Below, one piece after another: positions 1-14,539 of a stretch of 64,000 nt of DNA. This stretch comes from Epiperipatus broadwayi. Lineage: Eukaryota > Animalia > Onychophora. The notes under the pieces are model-generated. The model had not been told where the DNA came from, ran no database searches, and saw nothing but the letters and a program-made list of their open reading frames with translations. The stretch spans positions 6,448,001 through 6,512,000 of the forward strand of contig JAQFVV010000003.1 of the NCBI GenBank assembly GCA_028023455.1, written 5' to 3'. The translations under genes were made by a program, and so were the position numbers. How positions within the stretch are numbered: the stretch's first letter is position 1; each line of letters opens with the position of its first letter.

Positions 1-59
1 TAAATATTTTAAACAGCTAGCTTTAATAATAGGTTGTACTTTATTAAAATATAATAAAT

Positions 60-960
60 CATCATTTTAAACTATTATTAATCCATTATAGAATGAATTC
101 CTCTTTATGCTTAATCCAGTTTCTCCAATCCATAGTCTTTCTTCTCCACATAACACCAACAAATTTCCATATTTTATCAACCATTCATTCAATCATTTTC
201 TGGGTCTTTTTATTAGATTCAATTTAAAACATCAATGATCTATCTATTATCATTTTTTTCTAGAAACATATCCAATGCAGTTTTATTTCAATTTTTTAAT
301 ATTTTGAGTGATGTCAATGACACTTGTTTGTTTTCTCATCCACGTATTTCATTTCCAATCTCTTCTTGTTATTCCAACATACATTTCTCTAATACTTCAT
401 TGAGTAATCTGAAATCTTTGTAGTTCTTCTGTTAAGTGTTTAAATCTTAAATCTGTAAATTACAAACCTTCCCTTTCAAATACATAGGCATATTTCTTTT
501 ACTTATTATTTCTACCAAAAGTATTCCACTTAAGTTTAATTCTATGATAAATTTCATCCATTATGTTTTTATTTGTATTAATAATCTGACAAAGAGATAT
601 GTAGCTCTCAACTTCTATCAACTTATAATTGATAGTTAACAATCTTTATTTTTTTTCTTCTGAGAAAATCCATTGAACATTATTTTAGTTTTTTTTTTTC
701 ATTTATTTGCAGTCCTACTTTCTTACTTTCATCTTATAATTCTTATAACAGTTCCTTAAACTGTAAAGCATTATTTTCAAAAACAACAACCCCGCATCAT
801 CTGTAAAATCTACATGACTTAAATAAGCTTCTTGTATTTTTAATCTTTTAGCTTTCCATGTTAATCTACAAAATACTTTGTGTGACACTGATATAAAAAG
901 GTAGAGATATAGAATTACCATGACATATACTTTTCTCAAGATTAAGCTTCATGTAATCTG
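60..960 (-). mobile_element. Degenerate RTE-clade LINE, RT domain to 3' end
   Basis: The minus strand encodes YLSHVDFTDDAGLL (FADD-type RT motif, about 796-807), then DEIYHRIKLKWNTFG, VGITRRDWK, IKKLK and VGVMWRRK. These match the RTE ORF C-terminus, with many stops and frameshifts. Confidence 0.8.
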
Positions 961-1590
961 CATTTTGATAAATATTATTTATATTATACATTATTAAAGC
1001 ATGATATTTGATAAAAGTTCTATTTCCCAATAATCATTGCGGTTTATACATTTATAGTAATACCTTTCTTGGTTTGTAAATAATTGATTTCCAGACAAAA
1101 TATTAAATGATTTCCAACACAACTTTAAAATATAAAATCAGAATCTTTACAGTCAGTATGTGTTATTTCTTATAGATTGGTAAGTTTTCATAAATTTGTT
1201 TACATAACCTCAGCCCATAGAGATACTTCATTATATCTATGTATTAGATGCAGATACTAATGTTAGGATTTTTTTGAGCTCCAGAGGCAAAAAAATAATT
1301 CATTCAAGTGTTTTTTTTCATCTACTCATCCTGCAATATCTCTAACCAAGAAGATTCTAATCTGCTATTCAGCAGATAACTTATTTTCTTTTAATATCTT
1401 TTGCTATAATTGTTTAACTTCTGTAACTTGAACAATTTCTCTATTAACTACAACCATCTATTATATAGAGATTTGAATGTTTTGCCAATAGTTTGTTTCA
1501 GAAGAAATATTTTGAGAATTGCTTTTACAATACTGTTTTAGGATTTATTTCTGTTTATCATAAACACTTTAATCCTTTAATGAGTTTGAC
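961..1590 (-). mobile_element. Highly decayed LINE RT fragment (upstream RT subdomains)
   Basis: Weak minus-strand peptides (VVVNREIVQVTEVKQ, ILKQYCK) resemble LINE RT subdomains 2-4. Confidence 0.35.
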
Positions 1591-2029
1591 ATAAAACAAA
1601 AATAAATATTTTTTATTATTATCAAATCTAATTACAGGAGGAAATAAAAATAAAAATTTCAATTAATTTAAATGAAAGAAAGTAAAATTGTCTATTCAGT
1701 TAAAATTTAGAAGTGAACCTAATTAATTAAAGAAAATATTTTTTGAATAGTTTAATATTTCAACTTATATAGATATATGTATGTATGATTGTGTCTATTA
1801 TCCACTACGAGATAAAAATGAAATATTTCATATCCTTCTCGTTTAAAGAAAAATATTACATTTTTTAAAAATCTTCTTTGTTAAATGTTTTTTTTTTTTT
1901 ATTAAATTCTAATAATACTTTTTTCTCTTACAAATCTCGTCAATTTCCGTATAGGATCATTCAACGAGTTTTCTTAAAATATAATATTTTTTAGTGTACC
2001 ACAATTGTTTGGATTACAATAACATACTT

Positions 2030-3950
2030 GCATGGTGAAGTTCAACAATTCAATTAAGGAACATTATCTCTTAAAACGTCTCAGGGTTTATGATGAGATA
2101 GACTAAGATATTTTCCTTGTTCCAAATTCATTTATTACTTTACAAATTGTAGTAAAAGAAAATCTTTACTCTCAGTATACAACAAAAAGTGGAGTCTCTA
2201 ATAATATTGTTGTCTAACATAAAACTCTCCTCATAATATATTACCAGGAATTAAACATCTGATAGCTCTAATGCAATAATTTTTTTCAAAACAAGCACCA
2301 TAATAACAGAACACATGTATGTGATATTTCTATTCTATGAAACTAAGTTGTTAAATTAAAGGTCTCCAAGATCCTCCACATTCATCAGTAACATTTGGAA
2401 CTAATTTCATATATAATACTTCCAACAAACAATCTCTCCTATTAACCATCAATAAATCTTTCACAGTGTGACTCTAATTAAATGATCACTTATAACATGC
2501 GGCATCACTGATAACAATATTTTTCTTTATAAATCCTATTTTATATTTACAATTTTAGATTACACTACATACAAATTTTATTTTAAGTATTGTATGCAAT
2601 GGGTCTTCACAAACTAGGGATCTTTTAAACTCATTTCATCTGTCCTAGTTTATGAACAGATGGTAAATATCTCATTTTAGGAAGAAAGGTTTATATTTTA
2701 AACTTGCTTTGTCTGTATACAGTGGTCAAACAATATACTTATCTTCTGTATATTGTCTACCAGACTATTATTATGATTACTCCACATTTCCTAAAATTGG
2801 CTTTTCTTCTTTCAATTAAAGCAAATTTAATATATGGTGCTACAGCTCTGCCTTCTTTGGATTTCCAATTGTAGTACTCATTGTAGATTTTTTCATATAA
2901 TGTTTGGTTCTTCTTCAGTGTTTACATAAGGTTTAGCTTTTTCCATAATATTAACATCACTTTTGAATTATATTAGTGATAATTTTTTTCTACATTATTC
3001 ATAGTGAATATACATTCATCAACAGATTCATATCAAGTTTAGATATTTTTATATTATTCTTATCAGATCTATATTCTTCTACAACACTTTAATGAGTTTT
3101 AAGCTCTGCATTATCAACTTTTGATTCATCAACAGTTTTTGTGTTCATTTTAAACTGTATCAAATGTTTTTGCATTGATCTACAATAGATTCCAGTCTCT
3201 ATGTATTATTTAGGTTCATTTTAATATCCACACTAATTTTAGATTTTTTTAAATATTGTTCCTTTATCTTGCATCTAGTTTTTCATATTTCCTTCACATA
3301 TTTCTCTTATTTTCTTTATTTCTTTCTTAATAATTTCTTCCTTACTTCTTCATTATATTGTTGAAAGTTTTATTTTATAGAAACTTTGTATTATTTGATT
3401 TATTATTATGGTATTGTCCATTTTCTGTCCAATTACTTGCTCTCATTTGTTAATTATTAGACTTGGGTTTATCCATCATTTTCTCCATCATGTGTTGATT
3501 ATCAGCTTTATCTAGTTCTCTTCCCTAGTCTATTACTGTAATTTGTTGTTCAATATTATTTCTAATACTTTTTATGACTCTTTCACTTGTCCGTATTTGG
3601 CTTAGATTATATTTTAAACTATACTAATAGATATCTTAATACTGGATTATTACTTTACATTAACTCTTTGGACTACTTACAAACTCCTTTTTAGATTGAT
3701 TATTTTTCATTAATCACTTGATCCCATCATCTCCGGCTTTCTACATGATTCTCATCACATATCCAAATATCAGTTATTTGTTTGTCTACTGCAATATGTT
3801 TATTGGCTGAATTTATTTTTTAATCTTTTCCCAGCTATTTCTTTCACTAATTATTCCAACTCTAAATATTAATGTTGATTATGATCACTCATGATATATT
3901 GTGGTATACTCTGATCATCATTAGGTCTTACAAGATTATTTATTATAGGT
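2030..3950 (-). mobile_element. Highly decayed Gypsy-like LTR retrotransposon internal region (gag/RT/RNase H)
   Basis: Fragmentary minus-strand similarity to Gypsy W-S-S-P-I..CxDYR (about 2700-2780) and to the RNase H AIxxF..YLxG..FYVR region (about 2210-2280). No intact frame remains. Confidence 0.4.
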
Positions 3951-5322
3951 AACAAAATGGAATATAAATATTTATAACTGGCATGTTTTGAGTTTATTAT
4001 GATACTAATTTATTCACCAAAGTGTACTGCCATACTAAACAGAATGCACTATTTTTACAACATATGTATATGTTTGTGTAGATATCTATATCTATAGTAA
4101 TAGCTGTGTTATTCAGAGAAAAAAAAAATTTATAATAAAGAGCATTATCCTTTTCTCCTAAAAGTATTGCATTTATCCTAAGTTGAGCTTAGTGAAGATG
4201 TATGAATTTGAATCACAATGGCAAAATAAATAATTTAAAAGTATAAAATAAAAAAATTAAACTCATAATTAAACTTCAAAGACAAAGTTCAGCAAAGCTA
4301 CTGATATCAAAGCATAGCTGCGAAAAACTCAAGATTTAACAGATATTTTGTAACATAATCTGCTAAAAATAATAGTTATTTTTAACACTGTTAAAAAGTA
4401 CATTTTATTAAAAATAACTCTGTACACTTGTAAAAGAAAGGTAAAGCAAACTTAAGTAAGAACAAAAACACCATAAGCTAAAGCAAAACAAAGATAAAAA
4501 TATATAAGGTAATATCAGTTTATTAAACCACTATTGCCAGTATGGTTCTACTAAAAATTCGAAAGGCCTTATCTTTCATTATAACCCACTTAATTTAAAT
4601 ATTTCAAGAGCATTTGTAAATTTTTCACAATTATTTTTTTTGTTTTCATTTTTAAATATTTTATAAAATTTGCAGTTTTTCATATATAATATTTTATTAC
4701 AGAGATATTAAACAATATACATTTTTCATTTGTAATAACAAATGATTTCATGCAGTATATACACATAACTTTGAAAAGATTAATGAGAAGTAAATACAAT
4801 ATTGAACCAGCCAGATACATATGCAAATAGTCTCACTGGGATGGAATAAGATATGTATTTATGGATATACTGGCCATATTAGTGGTAACTTAGTGTATTT
4901 ATCATGTAATAAAATGATTTGAATATACTTCAATTTTCTTTGTTATTATAATTTATTAATTTATTGAACTGTAAATTTATAATTAAAGACTATTATAGTC
5001 ATTCTTTATTCAATTCTCAATATGATTGCATAGTATACAATTTATGTATTAATGTGATTGTTGGTCATTGTGGATAACTATTTATTTAAGGAATAATAGG
5101 TATTAAAAACCAGTCTTTCAACCAAATGACAGTAGTGCCAGAATTTGGGCTAACTAATATTATCTTATGATCAAATCAGATGAATAAGTATGAATGATAA
5201 TTGCAAAGAAAATATACCTAGTTCATCAATATTATTTCATTGAGGTCATAATTTACATAATCAAGTTATAATTATAAATTTATTAAACACACATTGATTA
5301 CATAAGTAATATTTACTGAGGC

Positions 5323-5483
5323 TATAATTTCAAGAATATGCGTGTAAAATGCGATAATAGGGAAGGGACCTCTACAGGTGTTTAACCACAAGCTTACACT
5401 TTTCTTCCATAGCGTAAGCTTGTAGTTAAACACCTGTAGAGGTCCCTACTATCGCATTTTACATGCATATTCTCAAGGTTATA
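5323..5483. repeat. Long hairpin, arms about 70 bp, loop about 16 nt
   Basis: TATAATTTCAAGAATATGCGTGTAAAATGCGATA...GGACCTCTACAGGTGTTTAACCACAAGCTTAC is mirrored by GTAAGCTTGTAGTTAAACACCTGTAGAGGTCC...TATCGCATTTTACATGCATATTCTCAAGGTTATA. Confidence 0.92.
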
Positions 5484-8399
5484 ATCAAGTTATGTATTTC
5501 AATGATGACAAATGGCTTCAGGAAATGATCCAAGTATTGACCAATATTGTGTGCTGGGCTAACTAAATGTTGGTTGTAAGCATTTTTAGCATTGATTTTT
5601 TAGTTTAGCAGTTGCTTATATAGTAATAGCCTAACATATGCCATGATCACTAAATGATCAACTTCATCATCAGCATTATTGTAGTCATTGTCCTACCATT
5701 GAATCATTCAGCATGAACAAAAAATGTCACAAAACATTCATTAACCAGTAGATAAATTAATCTAGTACTCTTTTATAATTGTGGATAGGCTTTCACTTTG
5801 CAGTAAGCTATTTAAGGCTTCTGACTTATTAACATTTTATTTTATAATTATATATACAATATCCTTCCTTTCTGTGTCTATGAATTTGTTTGCAAGTCTT
5901 GCTGGAGATATTGAAATTTATAAATTGTAGTGAACCATAAAAATGTATTTTTGACACTTATATAGACTTTTATCCCAGTTAAGAATGGACTTTTAAGTGA
6001 GAATTTTTCAAAGCAATTGTTCACTATTACGATCTTTAAAAAAAAAAATCAAAACTTTTTTAAAAAACAACTGCCATTTTGAAAAAATGGTGATATTTAT
6101 ACTGGAAATGTACAGGATTGTTTATTTATTATAAAGTATACAATATTATATTTTGAATATAGAATAAAAATATGATTAATGTACTGTATTTATTTTCATC
6201 CAGTGAATTTTGTAAAACAATCAGTGCTTTTAATGTTGTCATGTTCAAAACAAATAATATTTCCATATTTAACAACTACAAATTCTAATATATATATATG
6301 TATCAATTTCATTCAGCATAATAAGTAACCAAAAATAACCAAAAATATACTTTGGTCATGTAGAACAAACAATAAAGTGTATTAATATTTAGTTGTAAAA
6401 TGTGTATATTAGCTAAACTATGTTTATTCAACAAATTTTATGAGTTAAAATGCGTATGAACTTTATTTTGCTTGCAACAAAAATATGACGATTGTAATAA
6501 TCATTATCAATGTTCTTTTAAGAGTAGATTGACTCTAAGCTAAAAATACAAAAGCTAAGCACACTGACTGACCAATGTGCAGCAAAAAAAGTCAAAATTT
6601 AGCATTTATTTGTATGTTTAAATAAAAAATACTTTATATATACTGAAACATTGTACATAACTAAAATAATAACAAAACTCAATAATAATAATTAGTCTTT
6701 ATTTTTCATGTCATTCTTTAAGATTTAACCAAATTTTACAAATTTTTCCTAGATTTATCCTCTTTTATGATAAGATATAATGCTTAATTTTTATTAAATT
6801 AACCAAATGTTCATTATTTAATTTATTATGAGGTTTTGATCTTTTTGCTTTCATTAAACTAAAACTATGTTCACAATTGGCGCTGGAAGCTTGAAAAAAT
6901 GCACAAATACTGAAAAGTAGTAAAAGTTCTTTATATTCTTTGTTTTTTAAGATATATGTAACTAAATCATAAATGATTCAATTACTTCAATTTCACATTA
7001 CTAAAAATTTCAAACTACCATATTGTTCTAAAATTGTATATAAGCTTATATGGGTTTATTATTATTATTTATTATAGATTCATATTTTACAAATAAACAC
7101 TTTGGACTATCTTTTCTATGCTCTATGGTTAAATTATTTTTTATTACAAACAGATCAAAGGCATTACAATTATTTACATCTCCTCTGGAAAGTCAATATG
7201 TAAATCAATTGGGGGAACCTCTGGCCCCTCAATCCAGCCCCCAGACATTATTATAAATGTATATTTAAACATTCACACAGTGCAGTGCAAATATATGTGA
7301 AAATTAAGAGTTAAGTAAAATAAAGAATTTATTTTCTCAACTATATCTTTTGCCCTCCCCAACCTTTATAACATTATATGTCTGTCTCTCAAAGGTTGCA
7401 AATTTCCAACAAATTATTTATATTATGTGGTCTATCTGACTATGAATTTAATCTACAGTGCTGAGAACATTTTTTTTTGTTTTTGTAGTGATTTTCATAG
7501 ATGACTATATAACTAGCAAGACAAACATACAACTAGTAAGACAAATGTATAACTAACAAAAATAAAAGTAGAAATTTTATTTTTTATTAATGTTTTGCAT
7601 TTATTATTTATTATTATAATAGCTATATGGGGTAAGCTATAAACAAAATTGAGCAGAAAATTGTGCATTTGAAAAGAAATGGATCAATGCATATTTTTTT
7701 ATAATAAAAAAACAATAATAAATCAATGTGCTTGATATGACTGAAAAGTCTTTCAATTAATAAATATTAAGAGACGCTATCAAAACATTCTGACTACAAC
7801 AAAATTATTGGAGAAAAAAATTTTATCAAGTAGCTGACATGTTTTATAAAAAGTACAAACAAATCAGAAAATTCTGTGACAGAAAGTTATTTCAAAAGAA
7901 AAAAAAGTACAAAATTTGAAACCATTTTTTCAAGAGAATTAATATTTCAAGAGAATTTATAAACAGTGCAATCTACCTTTTGTAGAATTAACCTGTCTGG
8001 AGCATAAAAAGAAATTTGAGAAAATATGACCTAAAGATAGGATCATGGTGAATCAAAAAAATTGTCATTAAATGTGGAACAGTTACTAATGATAATGATA
8101 TTACTTTATTTTTAATTCACAAAAAAATTATGGCTCTCATTTAAAAGGGGAAAGTTGAAATTAGCCTGCCTATTGAAAAGGTTGCCCATTATTAATACTT
8201 AGAGATAAATTAATTAAATTTTTAATCAAATATGGCTAATTTTTAAGTTGATAATTTTGTGGGACCTGTGGGTGAGATTATAAATATCCAAATGGCTCAT
8301 GTAGAAAAAAGATTACCCATTCCTGATAAGCAGTTGAATAAATTTAAGTATGATCAAAATATCTATATAATCACTGGAATCTAAAATTGTTTGAAGTTT

Positions 8400-9260
8400 C
8401 ACACTTCAGCAGACCTTATCTAAATATTACACTCTTAGTTAATTAATTTTTGCCTTTGCAAATTGTTGTGCCTTTGTTGAGGATGAATTAGTCCTTTGCA
8501 AAGTTTTGTTTAATACAAATAATTCTGTATATACATTTTGAAGAATCACACATGCTATTTGATATTGTGGGTTTTTAATGGTTTTTTAAACCATATTTAT
8601 TTATTGGGTCATTGAATTCTTCAACTTGTTCTATGCAGATACTTGTTTTCTTACCAGAACATTTAGTACAAAATATTTAGTACAAAATATCTAAATATTT
8701 ATCCTTACTTCATTGAGAAGTCTGAAAAATATAACATCAATTTCTGAAATGTTGATCAATTCTTTAAGTTGCTCAATTCTTGTAGATGGTCCACTAAACA
8801 TTGTATATATTGTCATTAAAAGTATTTCAAAAAAATTAATAAGTGGAACCTGTTTTCATGCATCATTTATTTCCAAGATCTTCCATGTGAACCTCACAGT
8901 GATGTTGAAATAAATGTGAATTATCTTCTCATAGAAGAGCAGCCACACTATTTGTTTTTGTAATAATGCAGACGTGACAAGTTATTGCAAATCAAGAATG
9001 TTCTTACTATAAAACATTTGACTATCACATACAATAAGCTTAATAATGAAGTATATACTCTTCTCCTTTACTTTCTTTGCATTTCTTTATATATTCACAT
9101 ATATATATATATATATATTGCTTATAATAACTTCTCTCATATTCACTTTAATGCAAAAAAAAATTTAATAAAACTTCTTTATTTTCCTGACAGTTTCAAC
9201 TGTCCAGCAGTCTTCATCAGAATGTTCTTGATTTTCTTTACATTTTAAATATTTTTTTTG
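8400..9260 (-). mobile_element. Decayed hAT transposase fragment
   Basis: Minus-strand peptides HLFQHHCEVHMEDL (CxAH-like), IYTMFSGPSTRIEQLKELI and LFVLNKTLQ follow the order seen in hAT transposases. Confidence 0.5.
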
Positions 9261-9303
9261 CATTAAGGTGTATATGAGAGGAGTTATTATAAGCAATATA
9301 TAT
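9111..9303. repeat. Inverted repeat, arms about 50 bp, spacer about 90 bp
   Basis: TATATTGCTTATAATAACTTCTCTCATATTCACTTTAATGCAAAAAAAA pairs with TTTTTTTTGCATTAAGGTGTATATGAGAGGAGTTATTATAAGCAATATA (3 mismatches). Confidence 0.85.
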
Positions 9304-12300
9304 GTTGCTTAATACTACTGACAAATTTTGTCTAGTAGCTGGATTCAAATTTTGATTAGTATTTTATATAGTATTATTTTTTTTTACTAAAAAATCTGTA
9401 TTTTCAGTAACCACCAAACAATGAAATGAAGATGTTCAAACTTCATCAATAATCTCCTTAGGTATGATTAAATTTATACATTCTATAATTTTGAAGAAAT
9501 AATTCTTATTATGCTATGATTTGTGAACATTAAACACATTTTACTACATATTCATATATTGCATAAAAAGCATTGATTAATTGATATTAATTGCTAGAAT
9601 AACATTATCTATTAGAATTTTAATCATATTTTTTGTATGTTTTGTTGTATTCAGGGTTTTCTAATCCAAAATTACAATCTTCCAGATTTTCAGTCAAAAT
9701 TTTCAAAATTCTTCCATTAATTTTATATTGGATGACAATAATTAAAAAAGTATAAACTTTTTGACTTAAATGTCACTTTAAATAGTCTATTTTCAATCCA
9801 GCTTAGTTTTTACCGGTAATGAAGTCACCTTTTAAATTTGGTGAACAACACATTTTATAAGTGATGTCACTGGTATTGTTTTGATAATCAAACATATCCC
9901 CAAGTTTAAAACAATATTTATAATTTTGATGAAGGTCACACTTCAGTTTCAACTAATTGGGATGGTCATTCATATTTATTTTTTTAGATTGACTTGATAA
10001 AAATAAGATGGTCTTTCTAAACATTTTGCTATTTGTAGAACCTAAAATAAAATATTTATATGTTGTATCTTTTTTTTTAAATTACAGTAATAAAAAGGTC
10101 TCATCACACTCAAGTGCATTTGAAGTTGTGTCAAACATTCTGCCATAGCAACAGCCAAAGGAGAAAAGGTGATGCTCAGTCAGCACTGTTATATATAGGC
10201 CAAAATGTAATAATATTGTAATTTAGTTTCATGTGGAACACAGTATTATTAAACTGACATCCACATAGCAATATACTTGCTCTGACTGCATGTACAGATC
10301 AATTCTATTTATTAATTATTATTTTTAAATTAATCATCTATAACTTCATATGTTTAAACTTAAAAACAAATTATGGGATACTTAAAATATAGGAATGCCT
10401 GAAGAGTGAAGAACCACTGAAAAATGATGAGATGCTTTCAAAATTGCTGCACAACTGCACAGCTTAAAAGAAACATTGGTCATCATAATCATAAATTATT
10501 TTGAGAAAAAAATGATTTCATGCACTGTGCAAAATAATCAAATTTACATGATCAAAGGTTACTAAACTTAAGTTAAAATAACTGTTTAGTTTTTCAATTT
10601 TAAATCAATAATCTTGTAATTTGTTTATGACTTATTCATAAACATAAATCAGAAAAAAAAATATTAATCATTTATACACATTATTAAACTACAATAATGT
10701 ACATCACATTTCTTTGCCTACATTTTATTTAATTATATTAAATTTAAAAAAAATCATGATTTTAAAAAAAATTCACAGTGCTGTGAAAGAATTTCAAAGT
10801 CTTATTGGTTAGAATTTACAAAAACAAAAAACTTTCGTAATTGAATGCTTATGAAAAATAAATTTTAAAGTGTACAGTGTTATTTTTTTTTTTTAATTTT
10901 AAAATGTACACTGTGTTTATTTTTGTTTTTATTCATAATTTATTTTAATTCAAAGAATCATGATTCAGGATATTCTCAAGTTATGTAAGAAGCAAAATAG
11001 TGAAAGGTTCATGGAAAAATTGTAATTTTTTTTACTTTTAAAATTATAACTACTGAAATGTTTTTATATATTATATTGATCCACAGATTAGTATTTTTAT
11101 TTTAAATAATATTCTTAATAAAATTTTAACTCATTAATTAACACTTTTTAAATTTAAGCTTTATTTTTTTAATCAATATATATATATTTTGAATTTAGAG
11201 TAATGAATTATTTTTTCCCCATAGAAACTCATTATAATTGATTATTTTTTAAATGAGGTTTTACTTTACAAGGCATTTTGGTAGACTAGTTGTTCTTACT
11301 GATTGAAGTAAATATGTATATATATAATATGGGTATATTAAAATATGAAAGTATCTAAAATAATATATGTAGATTAATTTTATTTGTAAATAAATTTAAT
11401 GACAAACGGGTTTAGGAATCTGACATTTCCTTTTGAATCATAGTTCTGTTCTGTTGAAACGGAAGTAGAGAAATTCAAAATCAAAGATCACTTTTTAAAT
11501 TTTGTTAAAGAAACAAACTATATTTTTTAAAAAAATAAGGAGAGGGAGAAAATTAATCGATAGAAGTAAATCAGTGTCACTTTAAGATTTTTATATTCAT
11601 TCCAATGGAAAGAACATATCAGAAAAGGAAAGGCTGATAGATTGCAAATCAAAAGAAAAGATCTTTTTTTTTTTTAGATTCCCAGAGAATTGTGACACAG
11701 ACAATAAAAGAAGCAATAGAAGGAGTCACTGCTAGATATCTTTCTGGGAATTCTTACCTGTAGATGATCTGATTAGGAACTTAAATATGTCACCTTGACT
11801 TCATTATTATTTTGATAAGTTTGAAAACCATTTAGACTGCAAAAATAATATTGAAAAATAATATTTTTCTGTATTTATTTTTACGCATTTGACTATATCT
11901 GAGATTTTATATATGTTCAAAAATCTAGATGTGGGTGTATATATATTGTATTCTTTGCTATTAGATATTATGTCCTGTATTTAATCATTTCTTCTGAGTT
12001 TTATTTGCTAGTCAATTTATCAAACTACTTAGTTTTTCTTGAATCATTACAAAATGTAACATCTTTATACAGTATATTTATGTTCTTATTAATAAGATAA
12101 ATTTTTTATAAAATTTCTGAATCTATTTTTTTAATCTTGTTTTATTTTCACTGAATTCACATATTTATAAGATATATTCGCAATGACCACATAAATAAGT
12201 GAATTAAGAAGTTTTATGGATTGTTTATAAAAAATGGATTACATTTTAAAAGAGAATTGAATTTTAGACTTTTAAATTTAAGTTTATTAAAATAAATTTA

Positions 12301-12492
12301 TGCAGCATATAGAAAATATCTGTAGTGAATTAAAGTTTATTTAAATTTTCAGTAGACTTTAGTGGTTTTTTAAAAAACAGGAGTTTTACAAAGAGGGGTT
12401 CTTGTTATGAGCAACTCCAGTATTAAAAAAATTCTTTTATATAAATTTTTAATTTTATTTTTAATCTTGATACAAAAATCTATATATATATC

Positions 12493-12895
12493 TTGACAAC
12501 AAGTTGAGATTTTTAATTGTTATTGATATTGGGATTGTGTAAGTGTTGACTGATTTTAATGATTAATTATAAACCCATTTAGACTTGAGCATTATTAGAC
12601 TTATTATTTAAGTAATACTTTGGGTGCAATTTGAAAATTATAATTGTGGTTTGTAATGTTATAAATGGATATGTTATATTTATCTGTTTAAGAATATTTA
12701 TTTAAATTTCTTTGTATCAATAATTTCAATCTCTGTTGTCAACTTGCAATATTTAGTGTCTATATAAGTATATTGGATCATAAATAAAGGTGGGATTCCA
12801 CCTTTATTGTTAAAAGGAGGTTGCCTTGACAACAGGTTGAGATTGTTGGATTGTTATTGATATTGGGATTGTCAATGTTGACTGATTTTTAATGA
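12493..12895 (+). repeat. Repeat family D, about 1.2 tandem units with 333-bp period and an internal hairpin
   Basis: TTGACAAC(A/G)GTTGAGATT...GATATTGGGATTGT occurs at 12493 and 12826. The hairpin AATAAAGGTGG-GATT-CCACCTTTATT is at about 12783-12808. A reverse copy lies at 28262-28430. Confidence 0.75.
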
Positions 12896-13310
12896 TGATA
12901 TATATATATATAATATTATTATTAATTTTTATTATATATTATTGTACTCTGGTACAATGGTAGATGTGCACATTCTGTTGCAGTACATAAGCTTCTTTGA
13001 TCTTTTGAGCAATAAATGATTTCAATATTTATTTATTTATATATTATTAAACAATTTAAAAAAAGAATTAATATCTACAGCATGGTAAAGTTTTCTCCAG
13101 CATTCTCCAAAAATAAATGCTGTTGGAAAGAAAATATCTTTTATATTTTTTGAATCAATAGAATAAATTAAAGATTAAAAAAATATTTTTTACCATTTAA
13201 GAAATCATAAGATCTGAAAATGTGATCAAAGTAAAATATTAACTATATATACAATTTTTTAAAAAAAAACTAATTTCATATGATTAGTATCATGTACTTA
13301 GTAAAGAACA

Positions 13311-13510
13311 TCCTCAATAATGAAGGCCACAAGCCAGAAACTAATCTGGGGATATTACATAAGTAGGCACTAGATGGGGATTTTATGCACAAGCCTTCTG
13401 GCATCCATTGATTACTCTGGTTGGCACATGATGGCAGTACTGTCCATAGAGTTCTGCCTGTTTAATAACAATTATGTACTAGCATGAGAGATGGTGTTCA
13501 TGTGATGTAA
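13311..13510 (+). mobile_element. Family B hammerhead repeat, partial copy with a mutated core
   Basis: TCCTCA ATAATGA A GGC CACAA GCC A GAAA CTAA TC TGGGGA at 13311-13352, followed by sequence shared with the 30.1 kb and 61.5-62.5 kb copies. Confidence 0.85.
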
Positions 13511-14539
13511 AGTGCAAATCAAATATTATTCATTAGTTATAGTATATATTACTAACTATCACAATCTTCCTTTGAATAAAAACTTGACATGTATATATAA
13601 TGTATAAATCAACATAACAAAAATGTTAATATCAGTAATAATTATCAATAGTTTCTCACAATTAAAAAATCATTTGACAATGTTAATGGCAGTTTAATAC
13701 TGATTTTCACTTAACATGAATATTAAATGAATTTCTGGAAGGCAAATTTTAAATCTCAAAAAGTATTTTGTAAAAAGTAGTGCACTTAAAATTATGAATA
13801 ATACCTATTGAGAATGTCAAATTTAAAAAAAAATTGACATTCAATCTATACTTTGCTAGACATCCTCAAGTAAATATTAAATGAAAAGAAATACATTTAT
13901 AAAATGAAATGGGGTCATTGGAAAATATCAATTTTTAAAGTTTGTGACTTTTGATTCATTGATAAAAATAAATTCAAATATAGTTGGCATTTAGAACAGT
14001 GTATTCCATTATCTTTTGAGAACCTTTATATGCATGAAATAATCACTATCAGTGATATTTTGTTATAGATTTTTATCAACTTTTAATTAAATTCCTTCTG
14101 TGGTTTAGCACAGTGGGAATTTTAAACTTAAAGTTCCAGATCAATTTTGTGATGTAAATAAATAATACTTCAATCTGTCATTAAGGTACTCAAACTTCCC
14201 ATGGCTCCTAACACCGTATATATATATATATAAAGAATAGAAATAAGATATCAATTTAAATAGAAATAACTTTTAACCTTTGATGTTACTAAGAAATTAT
14301 CAATTAATACTAATTGGCAATCCTGAGACCAAATCAGTTTTTTTATTCAATCTATAATAGCTCGTTTGTCTGAGTTTTTTATTTATGTAAAAGAAGTCTA
14401 TGTTTACTTCAAACCCAAATTCTTATATGGATTTAAATTCAGAAAGCTATTTTATAGGTGTGAGAATGTGAAAAAATAACATTTTTCTTGACTTTCTGCA
14501 AATAATATTTTAAACTTTGCTAGAGAGTTATATATGTTG

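Noticed and set aside
10398-10440. CTGAAGA-GTG..CAC-T-GAAA hammerhead-like string
   Set aside because: There is no stem III and no correctly placed UH site.
11677-11763. Peptide TQTIKEAIEGVTARYLSGNSY resembling Tctex dynein light chains
   Set aside because: It ends in a stop with no good donor, and no further Tctex exons were found.
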